DNA from: Acidobacteriota bacterium
Lineage (GTDB): Bacteria; Acidobacteriota; UBA6911; RPQK01; JAJDTT01
NCBI GenBank assembly: GCA_965217775.1
Contig: CBDCJH010000002.1
Location: forward strand, 4,096,001 to 4,160,000
Length of the DNA: 64,000 nt
Reading direction: 5' to 3'
Part shown: one piece after another, positions 38,211 to 48,499 of the stretch
Numbering within the stretch: the stretch's first letter is position 1
Layout of the letters: each line of letters starts with the position of its first letter
Notes under the pieces: generated by a model
Told to the model about the DNA's origin: nothing
The model's input: only the letters and a program-made list of their open reading frames with translations
Database searches by the model: none
Made by a program: the position numbers and the translations under genes

Positions 38211-40652
38211 ATGACCGAGAAGAAGCAACTGGCACCCCGCGCCTCCAGCATCCGATTTGTCGGGTCGATGAGCAGTCATGCCCTGCTACTGGGCCTCCTG
38301 GTCATCGTCAGCTATCTGCCGGTGCTTGAAGCCGGATTCGTCTGGGACGACGTGATCTTCGTCGACGAACCCGTGGTTCACAACTGGTCCGGGCTGTGGA
38401 ATATCTGGTTCTCCCCGGCAGACATAAAGAAAGAAGGTCACTATTGGCCCATCGTCTATGCGAGTTTCTGGCTGGAGCACAAGCTTTGGGGGTTGGACCC
38501 GCTGGGCTATCACGTCGTCAACCTGCTGTTGCATCTCGTAAACGTCCTGCTGATCTGGCGCCTCCTTGAGCGTCTGGCCGTGCCCGGCTCCTGGATCATC
38601 GCGGCCGTCTTTGCCGTCCACCCTCTGCATGTCGAGTCGGTCGCCTGGGTCATCGAGCGCAAGGACCTGCTTTCGGCGTGGTTCTACCTGACCGCCGTTT
38701 TCACCTGGATCCGGTTCGTGGAGGCACCGAAGCCGGCCCGTTACCTGCTGGCGCTCGTTCTGTTCTCGACCGGCCTGTTATCCAAGTCCATCGTGGTGAC
38801 GCTACCGGTGGCGCTCTTGATCTGGCACTGGTGGCAAACAGGCCGTGTGACACGGACCGAATTGATCCGGCTGGCGCCATTCTTCGCGGTGGCACTGGTC
38901 ATTACGGCCCTTGATCTGTCGTTCTACACCTCGCGGGAGCCACTGGCGCTCGGCTATTCCTTCGTCGAGCGTATCCTGATTGCGACCCGCGCGCTGTGGT
39001 TCTACGTGGGCAAGCTGCTGTGGCCGACGGGTCTTGCCATTATTTATCCGCTTTGGGAAATTCGCCCGGCGGACCCGGTTTCCTGGATCTGGGTCTTGGC
39101 TGCGGTTGCCCTGGCGGCGCTGCTCTGGTTCGGCCGGGAGCGGTTGGGACGGGGACCTCTGGCAGGAGCTCTATTCTTTGCCGTGACGCTGTCACCGGTA
39201 CTCGGTTTCGTCGACTATGGATACATGCAGTTCTCTCTGGTCGCGGACCGGTTCCAGTATCTGGCGGGTCTCGGCGTGCTGGCGGTGCTCCTCGGCGCGG
39301 CGACGCATGGCGTCAGCCTGCTTCCGGCCGCGATGAGAACCTGGGCCGGGGGCATGCTCGTCTCCATACTGGCGCTACTGGGCACACTCACGTGGCACCA
39401 AGCGGGCTTATATCGGGACCCGATCACCTTTTTCAGCCACATCGTCGCGCACAATCCCGAGGCGCGGGACGCCCACCTCAACCTGATGGGGCCCCTTTCG
39501 GATGCTGGTCGCCACGAGGAGGCGCTGGCCGCGGGCCGCATCGGCGTGGCGCAGCGACCCGACAATGCGGCTATTCATTCCAATCTTGGCCGGGTTCTCA
39601 TCCGACTGGATCGCCTCGATGAGGCTGAAGCGGCGCTGGACACGGCCCTGGGGCTCGACCCCCGGCATCTAAACGCGAACCAGAACCTCGGGGAAATCTT
39701 GCGGAAACAAGGCCGGTACACCGAGGCGATCGAGACCTACCGCAGGGTGCTCGAAATCGATGACAGCCTCGTGCAGGGATACGGCGGACTCGGCATTGCG
39801 CTGTTCCATACGAGACGCTACCAGGACGCGATTGCGCCACTGGAGAAAGCGCTTGAATTGGAGCCTGACGCCCCGTTCGCGGGTGAGCTCTCACTGTACG
39901 CGGGGCGCGCGGAGCGCGAAGTGGACCGGCTCGACTCTGCAAGTGCGCATTTCCGGCGCGCCGCGGCATTGACGCCGGATCCTGTGGATGCCCTGGTGGA
40001 ATTGTCCAACGTGATGTTCTTGCGGGACCGCGACGACGAAGCCGAGGAGTATCTGCGCCGCGCTCGTGAGCTGCGTCCCAGCGACCCCACGATGCTCTTA
40101 AGCGTGGGCGAGGCGCTCAGGAAGGCGGAGCGGCATGAGGAGGCGATCGTCTTTTACCGTGAATCGCTGCGAATCGACCCGCACTTCGTCGGTTCCCGGG
40201 TTGGCCTGGGCGCGGCGTTTTTCAAGCTCAAACGCTACGAAGAAGCCTTCGATTCTCTGACACGGGCGACCATGGCGGAAACGGACCCGGAAACGGCGGC
40301 GACGGCGCACTATCTGGCGGGCCGGACTCTGCTGGAACTGGATCGGCCGGCGGAAGCGGCGGTGCATTTCGAGAGCGCGCTGGAACGCGATCCGAAACAC
40401 ACGAAAGCACTGGACCATCTGGCCCATTTGAGGTTCGGACAGAAGAAGTACGAGGATGCGCTCGACCTGTATCGAACCCACGCGACTCTGAAACCCGACA
40501 GCGTCACCGTCCATGCCAACATCGGCGTGACGCTGTACTTCCTAGGACGTCATGCCGAAGCGCTGGAAAGCATGGAACGCGTGCTCCGGCTTGACCCGGA
40601 CCACCAAATGGCCCGGAAAATGGTCGCTCAACTCCGCAAAGTCAACCAATAA
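38211..40652 (+). CDS. TMTC-like GT-C membrane glycosyltransferase with C-terminal TPR array
   Basis: Multi-TM N-half with FVWDD, YHVVNLLLH, HPLHVESVAWVIERKD, LLSKS, ADRFQY; C-half is TPR repeats. Confidence 0.85.
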   Translation: MTEKKQLAPRASSIRFVGSMSSHALLLGLLVIVSYLPVLEAGFVWDDVIFVDEPVVHNWSGLWNIWFSPADIKKEGHYWPIVYASFWLEHKLWGLDPLGYHVVNLLLHLVNVLLIWRLLERLAVPGSWIIAAVFAVHPLHVESVAWVIERKDLLSAWFYLTAVFTWIRFVEAPKPARYLLALVLFSTGLLSKSIVVTLPVALLIWHWWQTGRVTRTELIRLAPFFAVALVITALDLSFYTSREPLALGYSFVERILIATRALWFYVGKLLWPTGLAIIYPLWEIRPADPVSWIWVLAAVALAALLWFGRERLGRGPLAGALFFAVTLSPVLGFVDYGYMQFSLVADRFQYLAGLGVLAVLLGAATHGVSLLPAAMRTWAGGMLVSILALLGTLTWHQAGLYRDPITFFSHIVAHNPEARDAHLNLMGPLSDAGRHEEALAAGRIGVAQRPDNAAIHSNLGRVLIRLDRLDEAEAALDTALGLDPRHLNANQNLGEILRKQGRYTEAIETYRRVLEIDDSLVQGYGGLGIALFHTRRYQDAIAPLEKALELEPDAPFAGELSLYAGRAEREVDRLDSASAHFRRAAALTPDPVDALVELSNVMFLRDRDDEAEEYLRRARELRPSDPTMLLSVGEALRKAERHEEAIVFYRESLRIDPHFVGSRVGLGAAFFKLKRYEEAFDSLTRATMAETDPETAATAHYLAGRTLLELDRPAEAAVHFESALERDPKHTKALDHLAHLRFGQKKYEDALDLYRTHATLKPDSVTVHANIGVTLYFLGRHAEALESMERVLRLDPDHQMARKMVAQLRKVNQ

Positions 40653-41007
40653 CCCGTCCGGTTGATCGTTCCCGCGGGATTCCTACTGCGGTCAGGCGAC
40701 TCCATGGCGATTCATCCGACCGCTGACCGAGCGGTCAGCACACGGCAGTCCGAAGCCGGACACCTTCATCCTCAGGCAGAATCCGCCGGTGCTGACAAGC
40801 GGTCGGCAAAGCCGATTCACAATGTCTCTGAGTCAGGCAACAAAGGGGGAACAAGGGAAAAGAGAAGAGATTGCCGGCATTCAGGAGCCGATTCGGCTGC
40901 CTGTTTGTTGCCTGTGCAGGACGCCAAACATAGGGAGTCAACCACTTTACCGATTCGGCGAAGAACCCGGTAGATGACTGAAAAAGTTAATGTTTAGTAG
41001 TTCTTGA

Positions 41008-41544
41008 CTAAAGGGCAGACGGGATTGGAAATCGCCGCTCCACATGCGCGAGATGATGCCGGCCGTGCCAGGCGTAGGCCCCGACGGTGACCGCCAGTCT
41101 GGAGGCGCCCGACTCAGGGTGCACGAACTCCCGCTGGAGTTGCTCCCAGCTCAGGCTGCGCAACAGATCCACCCAACGGCAGTGGAGGGCCGCCAGGAGA
41201 TCGAGCGAAGAAGCGACCGGTTCCCGACTGTCCGGCAGCTCGGCCCAACTCTTCTCGTCGTAGGCCTTGATCACGGGCCGGTCTTCCGTCAGCGCCAACT
41301 TGAATCGAACGTAGCTGTTCATGTGACTGTCGGCCAGGTGGTGGACCACTTGCCGGACGGTCCAGCCACCCGGACGGTACGGGGTGTCCAGTTGGCCGTC
41401 GGTCAACGGAGAGACCGCCCGCCGGAGGTCGGCCGGCAACGCCGCAATATCGTCGATCCAGGCGGTGACCCGATCACGGGTCACCTCTCCCTCGAGTGAG
41501 AATTTTCCAATTGGATATCGAAGATCAGTTGTCGGTGGATTCAT
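41008..41544 (-). CDS. YfiT/BstA-like bacillithiol transferase (DinB fold)
   Basis: LRYPIG, LDTPYRPGGWTVRQVVHHLADSH, YAWHGRHHLAH. Confidence 0.9.
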   Translation of the reverse strand: MNPPTTDLRYPIGKFSLEGEVTRDRVTAWIDDIAALPADLRRAVSPLTDGQLDTPYRPGGWTVRQVVHHLADSHMNSYVRFKLALTEDRPVIKAYDEKSWAELPDSREPVASSLDLLAALHCRWVDLLRSLSWEQLQREFVHPESGASRLAVTVGAYAWHGRHHLAHVERRFPIPSAL

Positions 41545-42224
41545 ATTCGATCACCTGTTTGGCTAGTCTCGGCAGCCGCGCCACTGGTGGTCTCGTCCCC
41601 TTCGCCAGTGTAGAATGCGGTCGTGTGCCCGGCCCGCGAACGCGCGGCGGCGGGATCGGTTCCGAACGCGACGGCCGCTTGTTCCCACCCCTCGCTGCTG
41701 CCGCTGATGAACGCCCGCCCGTCCGGCGAAACCGCGAATGCGGCCGGGTCGGGCATCGGCGCGGCCGGTTGCGCAAGATGGATCGCGAGTCCCAGCAGAC
41801 CCAATTCCCAGCCGACGCCGAGCGCACCCGGCCCGTACTCATCCCAGTGTTCCGAAACCTGCTGGGTGTGCGTCAGGGTCAGCCGGGCGCCGCCGGCGCC
41901 ATCGCCCGAGCAGTGGACCTCCAACCAACTGACTTCCCCGCCGAACTCCCATGTGACCGCAAAATGGGACAGAGGCTCGCACGCCGTGACCACGCCGCCC
42001 GCATTGCCTTCCAACTGATAGCGGCCCCCAAGTTCGAGCTCGCCGCTGACCGTCAGAAACCAGCGCGGAATCCGCTCGCCGTTGGTCACGGCGTCCCACA
42101 CGTCCTCGACCGACGTCGCGTAGCTGCGAGAAAGCGTGACCGCTCGCGCGGGACGCCCATCCCGCTCCATCGACCATACGGAACGCTCTGCGGCGCCAAG
42201 GTTGCCTTCGACATCGAAGTCCAT
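41541..42224 (-). CDS. SRPBCC/AHSA1-family protein
   Basis: EDVWDAVTNGERIPRWF, GPGALGVGWELGL. Confidence 0.88.
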   Translation of the reverse strand: MDFDVEGNLGAAERSVWSMERDGRPARAVTLSRSYATSVEDVWDAVTNGERIPRWFLTVSGELELGGRYQLEGNAGGVVTACEPLSHFAVTWEFGGEVSWLEVHCSGDGAGGARLTLTHTQQVSEHWDEYGPGALGVGWELGLLGLAIHLAQPAAPMPDPAAFAVSPDGRAFISGSSEGWEQAAVAFGTDPAAARSRAGHTTAFYTGEGDETTSGAAAETSQTGDRI

Positions 42225-42289
42225 GGTTTCTCTATATATATAATGTATCCGGTCCGCCGTTGGACCCCGGGAGCGCCGGATTCCTCGTC

Positions 42290-42838
42290 CTACGACGACC
42301 TCTTCGCGTCCCCGCAGGCTTTCTCAAAAACCGGATTCGCGTTGTACTCGTCAGACTTGCCCGGTGGGATACTCAGGGATTCCCAGGAATCCCCGCGGAA
42401 GCACTTGCCCAGATAGACGATTTGTCCGACGTGATAGGACGCGTGGGCCAGAGAGAGCAGCAGGGCCTCATCGACGCCCATGGACACGCCCCGGATGATC
42501 ACGGAACGATCCAGATCGTCATCGGTAAGCTCTAGAAGCGAGCCAAAAAGCACCTGCCAACCTCGGTCCCATTTCTCCTCGATCTCGGCGCGTGACGGCG
42601 TCCGCGGTTCGAATTCCGAGTCCCGATTCCGCCACGGCTTCTCGCCGTCTGTCGTCAGGAAGTCCGTGAACCTGGATTCCAGATTGCCGGCGATGTGCCA
42701 GACGATCATGGCGATTGAGTTGGCCCCCGCCGAATCCGCCACCAGCTCCCCGGCGCTCAACTGGCGGAAAGTCCCCTCGCCGAGAGCCTTGTAGCGCTGG
42801 TACTCGGCTTCAATCAGTGACAGCAGTCCTCGACTCAT
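42290..42838 (-). CDS. DUF1572/DinB-family protein
   Basis: NSIAMIVWHIAGNLESRFTDFLTTDGEKPWRNRDSEF, HASYHVGQI. Confidence 0.88.
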   Translation of the reverse strand: MSRGLLSLIEAEYQRYKALGEGTFRQLSAGELVADSAGANSIAMIVWHIAGNLESRFTDFLTTDGEKPWRNRDSEFEPRTPSRAEIEEKWDRGWQVLFGSLLELTDDDLDRSVIIRGVSMGVDEALLLSLAHASYHVGQIVYLGKCFRGDSWESLSIPPGKSDEYNANPVFEKACGDAKRSS

Positions 42839-43105
42839 CGCACCCCCCCAAAGTTCCCGAAAGGACGCCGTCTAGGATACACTGTGGCCGGCGGGCGAGC
42901 CCCCGAGCAGCTTCCTTCACGAAACTTGCAACCCGAAGCGGGTTTGTGCATCCTTAGAAACCATACGGCGTGACAATTTGAACCGACAGGTTCTGTTAAC
43001 GGGAAATATCGGAACCGAGGTAAAGGCAGGGCACGCCGCCGGGTACGAAATCCCATCTTGGAGATCAACGATTCATCCCCAAAAGAGCGGAAAAGCTGCC
43101 CTCAA

Positions 43106-43504
43106 TCACGCCTGCGGCGAGTCCCCCGGGGCTGCCAGGGCTTGCCGGATCGTCTTCGCCATCCTCCAGGCCGTGACGCGGGAGATTCCCAATCCCTCAT
43201 GCAACGTCAACATGGAAGTTCTCAGGGGCATATCGGAGGAAAGCAGGTGAATCGCCAATACCCAGGTCCTCAGCTTGGTCTTGTTCTGTCCCAGGAGGGT
43301 CCCCTTGCGGACACTGAAGTACCCTTTGCAGTCCTTGCACCGATAACGCATGGCCACCTGGCGCGGGTCCCGGGTCCGGTGGCGGTACCAGCGGTCGGAG
43401 CCGCAAGCCGGACACCAAAGTTGGCCCTGCCAGCGGATGGCGGCCAGCCATTGCTCGGCGGCTTCCTCGTCGGGGAAAGTCTGGAATAATTCAGGCAAAG
43501 TCAT
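43106..43504 (-). pseudogene. IS1595-family transposase N-terminal fragment
   Basis: FPDEEAAEQWL..RW..CPACGS..YRCKDCKGYFSVRKGT Zn ribbon and HTH; DDE domain absent. Confidence 0.85.
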
Positions 43505-43702
43505 GAGTGAACCTGCGGCGGGGCCGTCACATACGGCCCCTTCAGGGGTGCCACAGGGAAACCCGAGGGAGCTTGCGCGTCGTCACTGTCGGGTAACGAA
43601 GAGCTCGGGATAGGACTCCACACCGGGCTTCTCCAGACCGTGGGGGTAGAAAGGATGGTTGAAAACCTGCCCCTGGGTTCTGGATATCGTCGCAGCATTT
43701 TG

Positions 43703-43742
43703 AAAAAAGAAGGGGGAGACCTGATTGCAGGTCTCCCCTTCC
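43703..43742 (-). terminator. Rho-independent terminator
   Basis: GGGGAGACCTG/CAGGTCTCCCC stem followed by a T-run on the minus strand, about 70 bp after the 43811 stop. Confidence 0.85.
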
Positions 43743-43810
43743 GTTTCTACCCGGTCCGTCGATCTCCCTTGGTTGAAGAGAGTGACGTTCCTTGGATTGG
43801 CTGGACCAAC

Positions 43811-45748
43811 CTAATTAGTACCGAAGTCAGCCGCCGGAGCTGGAGGAGACTTCAGGGACCAAGAGGCCGCGAAAGTCGAAGTCGGGGTGATGAACTTCAA
43901 CACGGCTTGGCCCGTGGTGATGAATGTACGCTCGGAGTCTGCCTGCTCCACGACCAACGTGCCGGCCTTGTAGGTCCGCTCGTTCTTTGTGGGAACACCA
44001 TCCGCCTCCTCAATCCCTGTAAGGGTCGTGCCGTCGCCGTCGCCGTAGTTCATCTTACACGTCAGTGCGGAACGCACGAATTTGATCAAGCCCGGAGTGG
44101 CATTCATCATCGGATCAAGCATGGCATCCAGACCAGCGAAGGTCTTTGCACCCATAGCCGCCGAGGGGACGAGTTCCGTCAGAGAGGCGACAGTCCAGGC
44201 CCCGGCCATCATGGTTCCGGTGCACTTGGCAAGATTGGCATCGGTCATGACACTAATGCCATTGACGATGATACTGACGCCCGCCGGAGCGTCGGCAGAA
44301 TCCGTGCCACCAAATACGGGAGAGTCCTCGGCAGCAGGATCTGGCAAGGCATCCCCCATATTGTCATGCAGGGTCACCTTGTACCCCGTCATGGCGGGGA
44401 TCAACTTGTAATCGCCACCCTTAGTCTGTCTCGGGTCGCCAAAGTCATCCGCTGCGGACAGCAACACCGCAACCTGGGTGGTCTGCGTGCCCCCACCATA
44501 AAGAGCCGGCAATACCAAGGCTCCGTGGGGAATTTGGGCGTCGTCGGTTGCATTGTCATTATCTGTATCGCCTAAATTGCCTGCACCGGCGATCGCTCTG
44601 TTGGTCGAGTCGTCGGGTTCCGACTCAATACGTGATGGCACGGCAAAGGATTCACGTGCATCTTCAATCACAATGTCCAGCCCCTGACCACCCGCGTCCT
44701 TTTCTGCCAAACGACCGGTGCCGGGGACCTCTATTGGAGTAACTGTGGTCCCTGTTGCCAGCGGATCACCAGGCGGATAGAAGTTCATGTTCACAGGCGT
44801 ATCCGCGTTGAAGTCTATACCGTTCAGAGTCTGATAGTCGGTTCCTATCATCGCCATGTTGTTCACGTCAGTAACGGCCGGCCGGACCACCGGAGTTCCC
44901 CCCCAGGATGCGGTCTGATCGGATCCGCCGGCGGCGGTTCCAACCAACGCTTCCGTGAAATTCCCGGTCAGGTGGTTGAAGGCGATCGGTTCGGCATTGC
45001 CCACGGCCAAAGCACCGACGTTCTTCGACGTCACATCGGCTTCATTAATGGTAGTGGTGGGATCGTCCTTTCGACAGTCCCAAGCTTTATCGGTCGGGTG
45101 GCGGGAGAGCCCGACATTGCTAGTATTGGTCGCGGGGGATGCGCCGCGAGTTGCGTCAGTCGTGATCGCTCCGCAGTTGTCGATGTTGTCGACAGCGTGC
45201 ATGTCCGCAGCCAGAAAGGCGGGAAAGAGGATGTTCGCGAGCATGCTACCACTGTTGCCTTCATCGACGTCTTCGGTGTCCCCATCATCGACCGTGCTTG
45301 CTCCGACCGCGGTTAGAACAATCAAAAAACGACCGGAGTTGACCCCGGCGTGAAACTTGCCGTCCTCATCCTTCATGCTCATTGCGGGGAGTTCACTGAG
45401 GATACTGCTCACGTTCGTTTCCGAGCCTGCAATGTCCTCACCATCGTCATCCTGCTCTGCCGTGCCCGGAATCAAATGGTCAAAGGGGTCGACCAACACG
45501 TTTCCACCTCCGGGTACGACTCTCAGGTACCAGAGAACCCTATGCATCTCGTCGTTGTAGTACTGAGTCAGCAACGTCACCGCGCTGCCATCGTTGGCGT
45601 TGGCAACGGAGATGAAGTTCTGGTGGTACATGTTGCTGTGAAAGATCAACTGCGATCCCTTGTCGGCGGCGAGACCCTCATCCACGACCGCGGTGGCCGC
45701 GAGGATCAGGACGACGCCCAGAACCAGAATTTTGAAAATCGATTTCAT
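43811..45748 (-). CDS. Exported acidic Thr/Asp/Gly-rich hypothetical protein
   Basis: AGGAG RBS, signal peptide MKSIFKILVLGVVLILAATA, own terminator; no family recognised. Confidence 0.75.
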   Translation of the reverse strand: MKSIFKILVLGVVLILAATAVVDEGLAADKGSQLIFHSNMYHQNFISVANANDGSAVTLLTQYYNDEMHRVLWYLRVVPGGGNVLVDPFDHLIPGTAEQDDDGEDIAGSETNVSSILSELPAMSMKDEDGKFHAGVNSGRFLIVLTAVGASTVDDGDTEDVDEGNSGSMLANILFPAFLAADMHAVDNIDNCGAITTDATRGASPATNTSNVGLSRHPTDKAWDCRKDDPTTTINEADVTSKNVGALAVGNAEPIAFNHLTGNFTEALVGTAAGGSDQTASWGGTPVVRPAVTDVNNMAMIGTDYQTLNGIDFNADTPVNMNFYPPGDPLATGTTVTPIEVPGTGRLAEKDAGGQGLDIVIEDARESFAVPSRIESEPDDSTNRAIAGAGNLGDTDNDNATDDAQIPHGALVLPALYGGGTQTTQVAVLLSAADDFGDPRQTKGGDYKLIPAMTGYKVTLHDNMGDALPDPAAEDSPVFGGTDSADAPAGVSIIVNGISVMTDANLAKCTGTMMAGAWTVASLTELVPSAAMGAKTFAGLDAMLDPMMNATPGLIKFVRSALTCKMNYGDGDGTTLTGIEEADGVPTKNERTYKAGTLVVEQADSERTFITTGQAVLKFITPTSTFAASWSLKSPPAPAADFGTN

Positions 45749-45838
45749 TTTGTAACTCCTTACTTGTTTGGTTGAAACAGAAAACACGTCAAATTCATCG
45801 TTCTCACGCCTGTCCCATAGGCTGTGCCCCTCCCCCTA

Positions 45839-45864
45839 CTTCCGATAATTCCCGTTATCGGAAG
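45839..45864. other. lox/res-like recombinase site
   Basis: Perfect 10-bp inverted arms CTTCCGATAA / TTATCGGAAG around a 6-bp spacer TTCCCG. Confidence 0.65.
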
Positions 45865-46934
45865 CTCCAAGAAGGCACCGACGTCACGTAAGCCGGGCGC
45901 TTGTGACAGCGTTATTCGTCGTTACGTACTTCGAGAGGACTTGTTGGTCGGGGTTCAGTCATCACAGGGGTTGAGTGCCGACGGCGTTCATGCGGAACGG
46001 CGCATCCCGTCCCTTCATCGATGAGCTGAAATGACGACTCGTACTTAATTCGAGGATGGCAGATTGGATTGACGGCTGGCCATCCGGCTATTCGAGAGGA
46101 CCATTATGAAACCGATGAGAACCCGTCGCGACGGTCGTCCCTGGGCCCGAAAGGGCAGCGTTTTGAAGGCTCTGCAGATCCAGAATCTCAAGGTGAACTT
46201 GCCAGCCATGGAGATCGCCAGCCGGCTGCTCGAACAACAGGAGCCCCCGGACCCCGCCCGGCGAATCGTGTCCAATCCAAGGGAATAAGCTCGACGTGTT
46301 CCGGAAGGGTTGGCGAAAAAGGGCGCAGTTACTCTGGACGGCGACCTTCGAGGATGCGGTCGCGACCTATGTCACTTTCGGCCGAAACAAGGCCGAGATT
46401 CCCGTATACCGGCACGACAGGTCCCGGCAGGTCCTGGTGCAGACGAGCCTGACTTATCCGAGCTGCTTCCAATTCATCCCGACGGCTTTGATGACCTCGC
46501 GGCTCACGCGGCGCCGGTTGAAATCCATCCTGAGAGAATATGGGGCCATCATCGAGCACCCGGGACCAAGCACGCGCAGGAAGAAGGCTGGACGCGAGGG
46601 CGTGAATTCGGAGAGACCGGAAGCGTAATCTCGTCGACGCCGCTTCCCCTGATGAAGAGTTGGAGAGATCCTCCACGACCCGCTCTCTATTCTCTTACGT
46701 CAAGGGAGGGCAAAGAACTTCTGGGGTTTCTACGAACGTGGATCTTCCGGGGAGATCATCGGGAACCTATTTTAATCGTGATCGAATCTCCTGGGAACGC
46801 CAAATCAAACGGCTCGCGGACCTGATCGCTGCGCCAGGATGCGATGCGGCCCCTGGAACCAACGGCGCTTGCATTCCGGATTTACTTTGCAGGTGTTCGT
46901 CACGTCCATTCCCAATAAAATCAATCGGTTACCT

Positions 46935-47948
46935 TCACGATCCTCTCCCGTACCGGATCCGCGCCACGGGTCCGCGGGATGCGAGTTGCCCCCGGACATA
47001 CCGGCCCGGCATATGCGGAGAGGTCCAGCGTCCGGCCTGCTGGAGCTCCACCAGAGAGGCTCCCCGAAGGGCGAGGGACTGAGCCGACCCGACCCGGAGC
47101 GAATGCCCGGAGACTCGGACGCCGTCGATTCCGGCCTGCCTCGCCCGCTTCTGGATGACGCTCCGAATGCTCCGGGAGCTGAGGGCGCCTTCCTCCACGG
47201 TCCCCCCGACCCGAATCGGTCGAAACAAAGGCCCGGAATTGAAGGCGCCATCGGTCATCCAGGCACGGATCCGCCGCATGGTGAGCGCTCCCAGAAACAG
47301 GATCGCTCCCTCCCCCTCCTGGTCGGTCTTGGAATTGTGAATCGTGATCAAGCCGGCGCCTCCGTTGTCCTCCCGGATGTCGGCGCACTGAAGCGCGGCG
47401 ACTTCCGAGACCCGAAGCATGGCGTCAGACATGATCGAGATCAGGGCAGCGTCGCGGAAAGCGGCAAGAGACCCCGGCTCGACGGCCGTAATGAGGGCGG
47501 CAATGATGTCGGCCATCTCCCAACTGATCCCTTCGACCTGACCCCGGCCCCTCTTGCGTCCCTCGCGCCGGAACCCGGCCAAGACCCGATCCGTGGCCGG
47601 CCCCACAGGTGAACGCGCACCCGTGGTCTTGGCCTGAAAGCGGACGGCGGCCACGACCATGCTGGCTGAGGAGGGGGAACGCCCCCGATGAAACAGAGAC
47701 GCGAGGTAGCTGGCGAGCCGACCGTCCTCGAGGGTAGCATCGTGTTTGTCCAGATAGTCCTGCAAACGCTGAAGGGCGCCTTGATAGGCTCGGCGCGTGT
47801 TTTTCGACAGGGACGCGGCGGCGAGATCGGCGACTCTCCGGGGAGCGCCGGACAAGGATGAATCCGAAGCCGGGACGGCGACCGAATCTGTCCGGACATC
47901 GGAATGGCGGGCGGGCGGTGGGGCGTTGGCAGGTTGCGGGTTGGGCAT
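46935..47948 (-). CDS. Cre-like tyrosine recombinase
   Basis: RDAALI..LRVSEV, SKTDQEGEG, SGHSLRVG, GRW..M..Y catalytic set. Confidence 0.93.
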   Translation of the reverse strand: MPNPQPANAPPPARHSDVRTDSVAVPASDSSLSGAPRRVADLAAASLSKNTRRAYQGALQRLQDYLDKHDATLEDGRLASYLASLFHRGRSPSSASMVVAAVRFQAKTTGARSPVGPATDRVLAGFRREGRKRGRGQVEGISWEMADIIAALITAVEPGSLAAFRDAALISIMSDAMLRVSEVAALQCADIREDNGGAGLITIHNSKTDQEGEGAILFLGALTMRRIRAWMTDGAFNSGPLFRPIRVGGTVEEGALSSRSIRSVIQKRARQAGIDGVRVSGHSLRVGSAQSLALRGASLVELQQAGRWTSPHMPGRYVRGQLASRGPVARIRYGRGS

Positions 47949-47977
47949 AAAATCTCCGTTTCTCCCCCATCGGGGTA

Positions 47978-48003
47978 CATCCGTTAAGCCCAGTTATCAG
48001 AAT
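47978..48003. promoter_or_regulatory. Second, degenerate lox-like site upstream of the recombinase
   Basis: CATCCGTTAA-GCCCAG-TTATCAGAAT; each arm matches the 45839 site at 8/10. Confidence 0.55.
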
Positions 48004-48499
48004 TAGTTTATCTAATTTATTGCCCGGCAGCGTGGGACCAAAAAACCATGCCTTCAGGGAGCAGAACGGACATCTGAAATCAGGTGGGTATCCTAAGAAT
48101 AGGACAGTAATTTGTCTAATTGAAGCTGACAGGGAAATCCTACGTAAAATAGACTTATCTCCTCACGATCGCGATATTCGCCGCTGGCCGCCATCTGCCG
48201 CAGAGCGGCCGCCCATGGTGGAATTGCAAGCCACCTCAGCCAGAATCGATGGGCGTCCTTTATCTAGCCGCAGCCTTCGCAACGCTAATGATAAGAGGGT
48301 AGTATCTTTACACATACACTGTGATATCGGGGTGAGCACTTTAGCCATCGTGGTGATTTTCGGGTGAGTTTTTGCACCAATTGGCCATCCTTGCAGCGAA
48401 TGGAGCTCGATCCGCCTCCAACCCGGCTCGTACCTTCGTGTCGACGGGCTGCGATGTTCAACCGGATCTCGCGCCCGGGTGCGACGAGACAGGGCATAA

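Noticed and set aside
46106-46628. Two short plus-strand ORFs between the lox-like site and the recombinase
   Set aside because: May be one frameshifted gene, but no family was recognisable.
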